Positions 1 to 9,730 of a DNA stretch of 64,000 nucleotides are shown piece by piece. This DNA is from Nematocida ausubeli. Its lineage: Eukaryota. The notes beneath the pieces were generated by a model, which was not told where the DNA came from, made no database searches, and saw only the letters and a program-made list of their open reading frames with translations. Both the position numbers and the translations under genes were made by a program. Location of the stretch: positions 661,156-725,155 of the forward strand of contig NW_026515634.1 of NCBI RefSeq assembly GCF_000738915.1, written 5' to 3'. The first letter of the stretch is position 1; every line of letters begins with the position of its first letter.

Positions 1-1228
1 TTGCACTGAAATACTTTCAGTTAAGGTTGTTAAAAAAACAACAATTATCGAAGGAAAAAGACTTCTTAGTAGGCTAGTACAAAGACAGGATGAAATAAAG
101 GCAGAAACACAAAGGAAAATAGAGAGTACTAAGGAGATGCTTTTTAAGCTGGGAATTAGCTTGAGTGAATCTACGGGTGAGAATCTGCTGGTGGATCTAT
201 CAAATCTGGAGGAGCACTTGGATTTAATATCCTGTGAGGTGCAGTCGTATAATTATACTGTAAATAAGATAGAAATAACTCCAGAAAATAGCTCCAATGG
301 TACCCCCTTAAAAGATGCAAAGAATATCCTTTCAGAAGGAAGGTGCAAAGTGCCTCAGGTGACAGTTAATTTAAAGGGAATTAATGAAATATTTTCAGAC
401 CCTTCAGTGATTAATAATCCCTTCATGTGCAAATATAAGATAAAAATGAAATCTGAAGAGATTGAAATATTTTCATCGTTGAATGATCTGTCATTTTCAG
501 CTGCAAAGAAGATAGAAATGAAGGTCAGCAGGATATCGCAGTCTGCCCAGGAGTTGTACGCTTTATTGGAGATGCGCCTGGGCTTCCTTTCAAATAAAGT
601 GGAAATCTCAAAGACAGAAATTCCCCAGGATATTTCCGTAATAGAAAGAATATTTGTGCTGAAGAAGTGGATTGAGCAGATTGAGCAAGAGTATAAGCAA
701 AGGATCCATGATATTTTCACACAGAAAAAGGAAGAATTCCAAGTGGTCATAAAAAAGCTCCTGGAAATAAAGAAGAAAGACACTCCACGGGTACTACACC
801 CGGATACAATCACAGATCTACGGTTCACACAGCAGGAGCAGATTCTGAACTCTCTGGAGGAAGAAATTGCAGCTGCAGAAAGTGAATATGAAATACTCAG
901 AAATATCCAGGCATTTGCGCAAGAGAGAAGAGAACTTCTTTTGAAGATGTCTGCCTTTGAGGAGCAAGCAAGTGATCCACTCAGACTCTTCAGAAGTTCA
1001 TTCCAGTTGAACTCTGAGGAGAAGTTCCGGAAAATGGCAGTCCCTACACTCCTGCGGGTTGAAAAGGAAATATTCGCCTTAGCAGAGCAATATGCAGAGA
1101 AGTTCTCTAATAAGCCCATTGTAATCGAAGAGAAAGAGATAATTTCAGAACTAAAAGATGAAATATCCAACCGAATAATCAACGCAAATACATTCATGAA
1201 AGGAAGAACCACAAAAACAAACAGATAA
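1..1228 (+). CDS. ASE1: Ase1/PRC1/MAP65-family spindle microtubule cross-linker (5'-partial)
   Basis: C-terminal motif FEEQASDPLRLFRSSFQLNSEEKFRK matches the MAP65/Ase1 signature and the protein is coiled-coil rich. The frame is open from base 2 to the ATG at 137, so the gene probably starts before the window. Confidence 0.75.
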   Translation, partial: CTEILSVKVVKKTTIIEGKRLLSRLVQRQDEIKAETQRKIESTKEMLFKLGISLSESTGENLLVDLSNLEEHLDLISCEVQSYNYTVNKIEITPENSSNGTPLKDAKNILSEGRCKVPQVTVNLKGINEIFSDPSVINNPFMCKYKIKMKSEEIEIFSSLNDLSFSAAKKIEMKVSRISQSAQELYALLEMRLGFLSNKVEISKTEIPQDISVIERIFVLKKWIEQIEQEYKQRIHDIFTQKKEEFQVVIKKLLEIKKKDTPRVLHPDTITDLRFTQQEQILNSLEEEIAAAESEYEILRNIQAFAQERRELLLKMSAFEEQASDPLRLFRSSFQLNSEEKFRKMAVPTLLRVEKEIFALAEQYAEKFSNKPIVIEEKEIISELKDEISNRIINANTFMKGRTTKTNR

Positions 1229-1649
1229 TCAGCTTGTTAATAGACCTAAGCAAGTACTCCCACGAATAAACTGCATTCTGTCTTCATTTATTTTCACTCT
1301 TGCAAATTCTTGTTTCTTCATATTTATTGATTTATTTAATTCTGCTGTCTCTTCATACGTGCACCCGGATATTCGACTTGCATGTATTCATTATCACTTC
1401 ACTCATAGTCTGGTCTTCTTCTGGGTGTTTTTATCTTATTCTGGCTAGTTACGGGTACTTTTTGTCTTTGAGAATTTTCACTTCGTATGGTTCTTTGACA
1501 GTACTCTTAGACCACACAATTTGAATATGCTGGGTACACCAGTATTTCATCGACTGCATCCCTTGCGATATCTTGTATAACCCATTAAACTATCACTTTC
1601 AAAATAATTTCTACCATAAACTAACCAAAAACCAACTCAAAACCATAGA

Positions 1650-2504
1650 TTACTCCACTGAAACATCTTCCATTTTCACCCACTCCTTCTCCTTCACCTC
1701 CTTCCTCTTCCTGGGTACCTTTCTAAGCGTACTCAGCAGAAGAATATCTTCCAAAAAGGGTATTTCCACTTGAGACTCACAAGGCGTGCAATGCAGCGTA
1801 CTAAGCCTCTTCCTATTCAGCATATGCTCATAGTCCCGCATATTATTACGTATTAAATAGTCAGTTTTAACAGGATTTATCTCCAAAATAGGATCTTCCA
1901 TCTTCACACCCTGCAATAACCCGAATATTTCATGAGGTTCAGACACATTCCCATCTACCACACAGATATTAGCACGTTCTTTAAGGTGTTCCTGTACATC
2001 TTGGTCTAAATATTTCTTCTCTTCAGGCGCCTTCTTCTCCCCTTCCTCCTCTCCAGTGAAGTTAATCAAAGCCCTCTCTTCTAAATGCGTCTTTTTCAAT
2101 TGGTCGCCTACACGAAGTATCTCAAGGAGTGATTCATCCTGCGGCGCTGCCTCTTTTTTTATCTGCTTCGTAATATTCAACTGATATTGCAGGAATGAAA
2201 CCAATTCCTTCCTTCTGTATGAATCTTCACATCCAGTTGATTCTTGGATTATCGCTAAAAGTATCACTTCCAAAAGGTCTTTATCAATTTCTTCTTTTTC
2301 TTCTCCAATCCTATTGTATGCTTCGCATAGACCAGACCCAGAGAGAATATCTTTAACACGAAGAAGCTTCTGATTTATCTGCGAGAAGACTAAATCTATT
2401 ATTATCTGTAAGGATTGCTTGCTTGTCCGTTCAAATCCCACTTGATTCAATATCTCTACAACAACTGCTTGCAGCACTTTCGAGTAAAACCTTCCCTCGT
2501 CCAT
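1650..2504 (-). CDS. Bromodomain-associated (BTP) histone-fold protein, TAF3/TAF8-like TFIID subunit
   Basis: N-terminal FYSKVLQAVVVEILNQVGFERTSKQSLQII resembles the Bromo_TP histone fold. First ATG is at 2504. Confidence 0.6.
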   Translation of the reverse strand: MDEGRFYSKVLQAVVVEILNQVGFERTSKQSLQIIIDLVFSQINQKLLRVKDILSGSGLCEAYNRIGEEKEEIDKDLLEVILLAIIQESTGCEDSYRRKELVSFLQYQLNITKQIKKEAAPQDESLLEILRVGDQLKKTHLEERALINFTGEEEGEKKAPEEKKYLDQDVQEHLKERANICVVDGNVSEPHEIFGLLQGVKMEDPILEINPVKTDYLIRNNMRDYEHMLNRKRLSTLHCTPCESQVEIPFLEDILLLSTLRKVPRKRKEVKEKEWVKMEDVSVE

Positions 2505-2693
2505 TCTGCAAAATATTTCCAAGAAATTAAACATTTCCAAAAATATCCTAAATTTCAACAAAACCCAAATATATTAAACAGAGATACATATACTTATTAG
2601 ATCATAAATATAGTAAAATATCTCTACTAGAAGGATATTTTTAAATTCCCCAGAATTTCCTATAAATATTTCCAATTGGATAAAATTTTACGA

Positions 2694-4226
2694 ATGAAGT
2701 GCGCTATTTGCATAAACTCAAAGATAGAGACAGATGCAGCCAGAGACATAAGTTACTGTACATCTTGTGGTCTGGTAATTGAAGAAAGCACAATTGTCTC
2801 AGACGTACAATTTGCACAAGACACAAAAGGATCTTCAATCTTGCAAGGCCAGTACGTCTCTACTGGAGACACAAAAAAACTAGTTTCTGGGAAGTTCATT
2901 ACAACAAATCACACGACAACAATAAGAAGTATAGCTAAATCTATTGGAGAAGCACTAGGAATTGGTGATTCACAGATAAATTCAGCCATGAGATGGTATA
3001 ATCTATCACTCCAATTTAACTTCACAAAAGGAAGAAAGACACAAGTCCTTTTGGCTGCCTGCTTATATATTACATGTAGAGAAGAAGAAACACCCCATAT
3101 GCTTGTTGATTTTGCATATATTTTAAGGATAAATGTCTTTAAGATTGGAAGTATCTTCTTAAAGTTAATTCGTCTGCTGAATATAACGATGCCTTTAGTA
3201 GATCCTTCTTTGTTTGTACCTCGTTTCTGCAGTAAATTATCACTAAATAATCAAAGTATTGGGAAGACAGCCTTAAGGTTAATTGCACGCATGGATAGAG
3301 ACTGGATTGTAATTGGTAGGAAGCCAGCTGGAATATGTGGTGCTGCTATTCTTATAGCCAGCCGGATACACGGGAATGAAAGGACAGTTGAGGATGTAGC
3401 TGGTGCAGTGAGAGTCTGTGAGGCTACGATAAACAAGAGACTGGCAGAACTGAAGGAGACAGCGACTGCAAATCTATCCATAAATGAGTTTAATACGATC
3501 TGGCTGGAGAAGGAAGAAGACCCGCCTATTGTTAAGCTCAGAGGTAAAGTACTGAATGAATCATTTTGCAGGAGATTGAGTGCATCAGAGGACCATAAAG
3601 GCACTAGGGATATACTTGATAATCAGAAAAATATAACGGATAATCACAGGAATATACTTGATAGTTATAAAAACCTACAAAAAACAAAAAGTTATGAAAA
3701 TCAAAATAACAGAAATATAACGGATAATTACCAAGATACACATAAGAATATACAAGATATTCAAAGGAATTCATTAGAGACCAATGAAATAGCAGCGTAT
3801 AATAAACATCTGCAAGAAGTCACCTCAGACTATGAGAAATGCACAAAATTCACAGAATCAGCAGACTCAGATGACTACATAGGTACACCTGCCTCCTTGC
3901 AGACAGACCCCATAAATATCACATCTTACAACTTCCCAACTAATTACGAAAGTGACCTTTCTGATTGCAGCATAGAACTAGAGAATGACCTATTCCTGAG
4001 CCAAGAAGAAATTAAAGAAAAAGAAAGGATATGGAATGTAATGTATGGAGACTTCTTGCTGGAAAGAAAAAAGAAAGAAGGCAGAGACAAAAAAGAAAAA
4101 AAGAAAGAAAAGAAAAAAGAAAAAGAAAAAATACCGTTACAAGATGCAGTTGAATCTGCAGTTAAAACAAAGAATCTTTCCTCCAGGATAAATTATGCTG
4201 CAATTAAGAACCTCTTCCAGCAGTAA
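2694..4226 (+). CDS. BRF1: TFIIIB subunit Brf1
   Basis: CxxC...CxxCG zinc ribbon, TFIIB cyclin repeats (GRKT.VLLAACLYITCR, GRKPAGICGAA) and C-terminal SSRINY Brf1 motif. Confidence 0.95.
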   Translation: MKCAICINSKIETDAARDISYCTSCGLVIEESTIVSDVQFAQDTKGSSILQGQYVSTGDTKKLVSGKFITTNHTTTIRSIAKSIGEALGIGDSQINSAMRWYNLSLQFNFTKGRKTQVLLAACLYITCREEETPHMLVDFAYILRINVFKIGSIFLKLIRLLNITMPLVDPSLFVPRFCSKLSLNNQSIGKTALRLIARMDRDWIVIGRKPAGICGAAILIASRIHGNERTVEDVAGAVRVCEATINKRLAELKETATANLSINEFNTIWLEKEEDPPIVKLRGKVLNESFCRRLSASEDHKGTRDILDNQKNITDNHRNILDSYKNLQKTKSYENQNNRNITDNYQDTHKNIQDIQRNSLETNEIAAYNKHLQEVTSDYEKCTKFTESADSDDYIGTPASLQTDPINITSYNFPTNYESDLSDCSIELENDLFLSQEEIKEKERIWNVMYGDFLLERKKKEGRDKKEKKKEKKKEKEKIPLQDAVESAVKTKNLSSRINYAAIKNLFQQ

Positions 4227-4251
4227 TAAATATGCCATATTCTCCTGAAAC

Positions 4252-4536
4252 ATGGACAGAAAGGTAGAGAGAGAACTAGAGGATGCACAAGGTGAAATAA
4301 AAGAGGCGATCAAAGAGGAGAAGAAAAGGGGTGCATCTATATCTGAGCTGGAAAAAGAGTCAGAAAGAATGGATGACTCCCTAGGGAGCATGCAAATGGA
4401 GACGCATGCAGCAAAGAATAGGCTCCTTAGGAAGAGTATTATTTGGGTGTCACTATGCATTCTTATTGTATTGATAGTTGGGAGTGTCATATTCTTGTAT
4501 ATATATGAGAAGATAAAGGCACTAAGAGGTCAATAA
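4252..4536 (+). CDS. Minimal synaptobrevin/VAMP-like R-SNARE
   Basis: Heptad coiled coil with RG.SI.EL.K.SE pattern (zero-layer Arg) followed by a C-terminal TM helix. Confidence 0.65.
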   Translation: MDRKVERELEDAQGEIKEAIKEEKKRGASISELEKESERMDDSLGSMQMETHAAKNRLLRKSIIWVSLCILIVLIVGSVIFLYIYEKIKALRGQ

Positions 4537-4568
4537 AGTATATATTATTAATAGACTATGTTTTATAG

Positions 4569-4700
4569 CGGGTGTTTAACGGTTATTTGTATATGTATTA
4601 TACATTTTAACTGTTTTTTGTGGGGTGTTTAACTGTTATTTGTGTATATATTATACGTTTTAACGGTTATTTGTAGGGGATTTATTGGTTTAACAGTTAT
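4569..4700. repeat. Degenerate T/G-rich tandem repeat (TTTAAC(G/T)GTTATTTGT units)
   Basis: Four to five recurring TTTAACxGTT units are visible. Confidence 0.6.
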
Positions 4701-4809
4701 CTATGAATTATTTATGTAGTATTTATTCATTCTAGTTATGACAAGACTTCTTGCACTCTTTATAAATTTACTAAATTTATTTCTTCTTTTTATAAACTTA
4801 ATAAGATGC

Positions 4810-5190
4810 AATATACTACACCAAATAGAAGAATATCACACTAGTACACACTAACTACTACTAATTAGTCACAAAATATCTCACTAATATACTACAATAT
4901 TATTAACTACTCTACTAAATATCACACTAATACACTACTACTAATTATTACTAAATACACACTAACTACTACTCAAAAATACTACTAATATCTCACTGAC
5001 TACTACTAATTATTACTAACTACTAATATACTACACTACTAAATATCTCACTAGTATACTACTAATTATTACTAACTACTCTACTAAATACTACTAATAC
5101 ACTACTACTAACTACTCACAATACAATGCCCCAAGACTAAACACAACAATATAAGACTATATAAGACTAAATACAACAATATATCCCAAT
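4810..5190. repeat. Low-complexity ACT/ACTA-rich degenerate repeat
   Basis: Recurring actactactaa, aatatctcact and attattactaa units; almost no G. Confidence 0.75.
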
Positions 5191-5210
5191 ATAAAGTATC
5201 TCATGATAAT

Positions 5211-5924
5211 TTATTCAATCACCTCCACCTTCTTTCCCTTTACCTTCACATCAAATATTCCCTCCTCAATGCGTGGTCTCTTCAGGACCTTAACCTTCTT
5301 GATGTAGCAGTTCTGGAGTGGGTATATCTTAGCACCTTCCTGTTCCATTCGGCCTCCAACCACTTCTGTCATCATTTTCTTCATGGCTTCGTTTATGTCT
5401 CCTGCGAATTCCTCTGAGACAATCTTAAATATCACCTTACGTATGCTCTTAACCTGTGATAATTTAGCATAGCAGTTCTTGCTGACTGACTTTGCCTTTC
5501 TTTTAGTGTTGCAGATAGTGAATATTCTTAGAGTATATCCATCCTGTGTCTCTACCTTGGAGCATGTCTCAATAAGAGTGTGCCACTTCTTTGGGATACT
5601 TTTTACCTTATCACTGATCAGTTCCATGGAGTGGAATGAGGAAATTGCATCTTTGCCCTTAGTCCCGTCTATTACGAATTTGAACTTTCTTGTTGAGTTA
5701 GTGTTATCTGGGAGGTCTGCCTGGTTTACTTCGAATGTTCTGCCACGTAGTGCGTCTGGGGCGAAGTAATTTCCTTGACTTTTATCAATGATTGTGGTCC
5801 CGGCTGATTTGTTGTTGAATAGGCTGGGGAGGGTTAAATTGTAGAATTCTTTTTTTGTCATTATATCTTGTGGCTTCTTGGATTTAATCTTCTTACCTTT
5901 TGTTGTCTTTGTCTTGGATGCCAT
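5211..5924 (-). CDS. RPS1: 40S ribosomal protein eS1 (S3a)
   Basis: Motifs LRGRTFEVNQADL, KWHTLIE, DGYTLRIF, YAKLSQVKSIR and IYPLQN..IKKVKVLKRP. A CCC motif sits just upstream of the ATG. Confidence 0.97.
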   Translation of the reverse strand: MASKTKTTKGKKIKSKKPQDIMTKKEFYNLTLPSLFNNKSAGTTIIDKSQGNYFAPDALRGRTFEVNQADLPDNTNSTRKFKFVIDGTKGKDAISSFHSMELISDKVKSIPKKWHTLIETCSKVETQDGYTLRIFTICNTKRKAKSVSKNCYAKLSQVKSIRKVIFKIVSEEFAGDINEAMKKMMTEVVGGRMEQEGAKIYPLQNCYIKKVKVLKRPRIEEGIFDVKVKGKKVEVIE

Positions 5925-5999
5925 TGCAGGGGATTGAAAAAATAGAAAATAAAATATTGGAAAAAGTATAAAAATATAACGGGAATAAGTCTTAGTGAA

Positions 6000-6275
6000 A
6001 ATGACAGAATATATGGTGTGGGTGGAAAAAGTAATGACTGTGTTTGTGTTGTAAATGTGTATATAATATGGACAGAATATATAGTGTGGGTGGATTAAGT
6101 CTTGGTAATTTGAGCAGAATATATAGTACTATGTGTAAAAAGTCTTGTCTGTTTTAGGGAAGAGTGGATTAAGTCTTGTCAGTTTTAGAAGGAAGAGGAT
6201 TAAGTCTTGTCGAATTTATAAAAAGTGGATTAAGTTCTGTTAAGTTTAAGAGGAAGAGGATTAAGTCTTGACAAA
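6000..6275. repeat. ~30-bp degenerate tandem repeat (GGATTAAGTCTTGTC core) in the divergent RPS1/PMM promoter region
   Basis: At least 6 copies of (g)attaagtcttg or close variants. Confidence 0.7.
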
Positions 6276-6441
6276 GTGGAAAAAGTTCTGTCCTATCCCA
6301 AATAATCTCAATATAACCATATACCCCTATAATAGCCTTCTACACCCTTCTATCCCTGTATCCATCCATATACACCCTAATATAACTCGCCCATATTCCT
6401 GCAATGTCTCATATATTCTAATAAAATGCAGCAGAATAAAA

Positions 6442-7233
6442 ATGAAAATGGAAGCACAGAAGGGAGAAAGAACAAAAATGAACAAAAGTGAAACAATCTT
6501 CTTATTTGACGTAGATGGCACCTTAACACCTTCCCGGGAAAAGGTCACAACAGAAATGAAGGCATTCCTGACAGCCCTACGGGAAAAAGTAGTGATTGGA
6601 TTTGTGGGTGGATCAGACCTGCCAAAGCAGCAGGAGCAATTAGGAAATGACTGCACGAAATTATTTGATTATTGTTTTCCTGAAAACGGCTTAACTTTCA
6701 TTAAAAACGGCGAAGTAGTTAAAAAAGAGTCATATCTTGGTTTTATAGGCCAGGAAAGACACAGGCACTTAGTGCAGACCATTATGAAGCTGTTTAGTGA
6801 GCTAAAAGCAGATGAAGTCCCGGTCTTATCTGGGAATTTCATTGAATTAAGACATTCTATGGTGAATATTTCACCTGTTGGAAGGTCATGCACACGGGAA
6901 GAGAGGAAGGCCTTTAAGGAATTGGATTCTGTGAATAAAACACGAGAGAAGATTGTGAAGGCCTTGAAGGCTGAATTTGATGAACTTTCATTTTCTATTG
7001 GGGGTGAGATATCTATTGATATTTTCCCAAATGGCTGGGATAAAACCTATTCACTGAACCATCTTATCAGTGAAGGCTTTAAAAATATTTTTTTCTTTGG
7101 GGATATGACAGAAAAAGGAGGGAATGATTTTGAGATATATTCTGATGACAGGGTAACTGGGACAACTGTAAAGTCGCCTGAGGACACAATTAAAAAGGTA
7201 AGGGCGCTATTGGATACGTTGGAAATTCAATAA
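6442..7233 (+). CDS. SEC53: Phosphomannomutase (HAD family, PMM/Sec53)
   Basis: LFDVDGTLT, VGGSD, FPENGL, FIE.R..M.NISP.GR, GG.ISID.FP.GWDK and FFGD...GGND motifs. Start may be 6442, 6448 or 6478. Confidence 0.96.
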   Translation: MKMEAQKGERTKMNKSETIFLFDVDGTLTPSREKVTTEMKAFLTALREKVVIGFVGGSDLPKQQEQLGNDCTKLFDYCFPENGLTFIKNGEVVKKESYLGFIGQERHRHLVQTIMKLFSELKADEVPVLSGNFIELRHSMVNISPVGRSCTREERKAFKELDSVNKTREKIVKALKAEFDELSFSIGGEISIDIFPNGWDKTYSLNHLISEGFKNIFFFGDMTEKGGNDFEIYSDDRVTGTTVKSPEDTIKKVRALLDTLEIQ

Positions 7234-7602
7234 ATGATTGAAGTTTGATGGGCTTATGCTTAATTTTACCGTTATATCAGTAATTGTTGTTGATTATGCC
7301 TATTTCATATGCATATTCACTTTTAATTAAATTATAATATGAGTATGCATATCTATACACATATATGTAACTGGGTATAACAAAAGTATGCCCTATATAG
7401 TACTATATAACCCGAATATATCACTATATAACTAAAATCCTGTTAAATTATATGTTATAAAACATAAAATAACCATAAATAACCCACATACTTAAATATA
7501 CACCCTATATGCCCATATGTATATACCCACATGCCCTATATGTCCGCATATAAATTGAATTATTCATTTAGGCTGGGAACACCCCTGCACTAAAATATAA
7601 TT

Positions 7603-7724
7603 TTGGAAAGGACAAAGGCGTTTTTACTTTTTCTTCTAAAAATTTTATATACTTCGCATGTGATAGGAAGGAACTTTTAAAATTCCATAGAAAATAATAA
7701 AACGCCTTTCCAATTTTCCACTGA
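7603..7724. ncRNA. Candidate structured RNA (long irregular hairpin), family unknown
   Basis: Nested inverted repeats: GGAAA/TTTCC, AAAGGCGTTTT(7614-24)/AAAACGCCTTT(7699-709), TTCTA/TAGAA, AATTTTA/TAAAATT and CTTC/GAAG. Confidence 0.35.
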
Positions 7725-8081
7725 AGAAAATATCCAGATTGAAATATTAAAGAGAAGCAAAGAAGTAAGAATAATTCAACAGAAATAACACATATATACA
7801 GTTTTTACATAAATATACACTAACCATATACACTTCTTACATATAAATATATCCATATAAATAACCAGAATACGCATTCTTCGCATATATACCCACATAA
7901 TAATTACACAAATATACACATTCTTTACATACATATACTGCACAAATATATCTGAATAGACTACAAATATACTACATACATATCCTACAAACATACTCTC
8001 TCTCCTTCTATACCTTCTATACCCCTCTGACTGCAACTTGTTTTATTTTTATTCTTTTATTCTTTTATTCTTTTATTCTCC

Positions 8082-9203
8082 ATGAATATTCTGGGGTCGG
8101 AGTATCTCCCAAGCAACTACAAATTCGAACTCCAAAAGACAATCCGCCAAATAACCAGAAGAAACTCTAAAAGGGTTGCAATCCAATTTCCAGAAGGAAT
8201 AATCCATTTATCTACAGTTATTTCTGATATAATTAGGGCTAATACTAATGTTGAATCTGTTTATATTCTGTCTGATGTAGTATACGGGGCCTGTTGTATT
8301 GATGATATTTCTGGATATTTAATAGACTGTGACTTACTTATACACTACGGGCACTCTTGCTTATTTGAAGTCACTAAGTCACTGATTCAAGTGATGTACA
8401 TATTCGTAGAAATACAGTTTGAAATTGATCACTGCATAAATATGGTACAGAAATACATGAATATTCAAGATATTTCTATCCTTGGGACCATCCAGTATAA
8501 CAGTACAATCAGAAAGATAAAAAAGCAGTTGGAAATAAATAGAATGAAAGAATTAGAAATATCACAGAATATGCAGCAAGATACAGAAGTAAATAAGGCA
8601 GAGACAAACAACTCAACTAAAAATAACCGAGAAATAAATATTCCCAGAGTGCACCCACTAAGTCCAGGTGAAGTACTAGGGTGCACATCCCCTAAAGTAG
8701 ATTCTGATGTGATTTTATTCATATCAGAAGGAAGATTCCATTTGGAGTCTTTGATGATTCAGAATCCACATAAAACCTACTATAAATACTGTCCATCTTC
8801 TAAGACACTCTCTTTGGAGAGACATGATTACAAGAGATTCATGGAAATTAGAAAGAATACCCATGAGAAATCACTTTTAACAGAAGAATACGTTATAATA
8901 TTCGGTACCTTAGGGAGACAAGGGGGAATTGGCTTATTAAACCGTTTGGAAAATGATCTTAAAAGAAGAAACAAAAAGTACTTTACTGTATTCCTATCAG
9001 AAGTAGATGAAACATTCATTGGATCCTTACAGGATGTGACTGTAATAGAGGTAGCATGCCCTAGAATAGCAATAGATTGGGGTTCTACATTTAATATTCC
9101 AATTATAACACCATTTGAATATTTCAGTAAAGACCTAAGAGAGTACCCCATGGATTATTATGCAAAACAAGAAGAAATGAAGCCATGGCAGACACTCCAT
9201 TGA
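8082..9203 (+). CDS. DPH1: Diphthamide biosynthesis protein Dph1
   Basis: RVAIQFPEG, YGACCIDD, HYGHSCL, GEVLGCTSP, GRFHLES.MI.NP, GTLGRQG, ACPR..IDWG and YPMDYY motifs. Confidence 0.96.
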   Translation: MNILGSEYLPSNYKFELQKTIRQITRRNSKRVAIQFPEGIIHLSTVISDIIRANTNVESVYILSDVVYGACCIDDISGYLIDCDLLIHYGHSCLFEVTKSLIQVMYIFVEIQFEIDHCINMVQKYMNIQDISILGTIQYNSTIRKIKKQLEINRMKELEISQNMQQDTEVNKAETNNSTKNNREINIPRVHPLSPGEVLGCTSPKVDSDVILFISEGRFHLESLMIQNPHKTYYKYCPSSKTLSLERHDYKRFMEIRKNTHEKSLLTEEYVIIFGTLGRQGGIGLLNRLENDLKRRNKKYFTVFLSEVDETFIGSLQDVTVIEVACPRIAIDWGSTFNIPIITPFEYFSKDLREYPMDYYAKQEEMKPWQTLH

Positions 9204-9339
9204 ATTAACCCACAAATAAGCCATATAACCAGAATATAACCAGAATAATACACTGTAGTACTTATTCTATACCCTTATATAACCGTATGCAAAATAAATA
9301 GATCATATAATTATCATATCTTCACTTGTTAAATATACT

Positions 9340-9710
9340 ATCTTAAATATACTGTATAATTATTACTCTCTCTTAAATCACACAAAATACTCTTTCTCTC
9401 TTGAATATTCTCTCCATAAGAAATTTAAAAATCACACAAACTACTTCTATTTTAAAATAGCCCAAAACATCACTGTTCTACTTCTCTCTTGAATATACTC
9501 TAACTACAATATTATCACACCCTCTATAAATCACACAAAATATTCCTACTCTAAAATACTCTTCACTATAAATCACACAAAATATCACTCTCTTTAACCT
9601 CACTATCTAAATTCACTGTCTAACTTCACTATAATCCCACAAAATACTCTTTCTTTTTCCCTCTCTAAATATTCTCTCTGTCTCTAAATACTCTATAAAT
9701 CCTCTAATAT
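9340..9710. repeat. C/T/A-rich degenerate repeat (AAATCACACAAAATACTC / CTCTCTAAAT units) upstream of NTE1
   Basis: aaatcacacaaa recurs four or more times; the stretch is G-poor. Confidence 0.6.
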
Positions 9711-9730
9711 AAAAGACATTTTTTATTTGT

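Noticed and set aside
355..1212. 285-aa minus-strand ORF, and similar long antisense ORFs (45230-45955, 50133-50735, 10384-10887, 35932-36417)
   Set aside because: Antisense shadows of well-supported genes; S/F/I-rich and without motifs.
6268..6441. N-terminal extensions from TTG or upstream starts in the ORF track (also 2505-2561, 19370-19426, 22825-22872, 58873-58902)
   Set aside because: Eukaryotic genes start at ATG. The extensions are promoter-like low-complexity sequence, and homology begins at the downstream ATG.
7776..8036. 86-aa ORF rich in Y/V/I/M
   Set aside because: Translation of low-complexity intergenic DNA.
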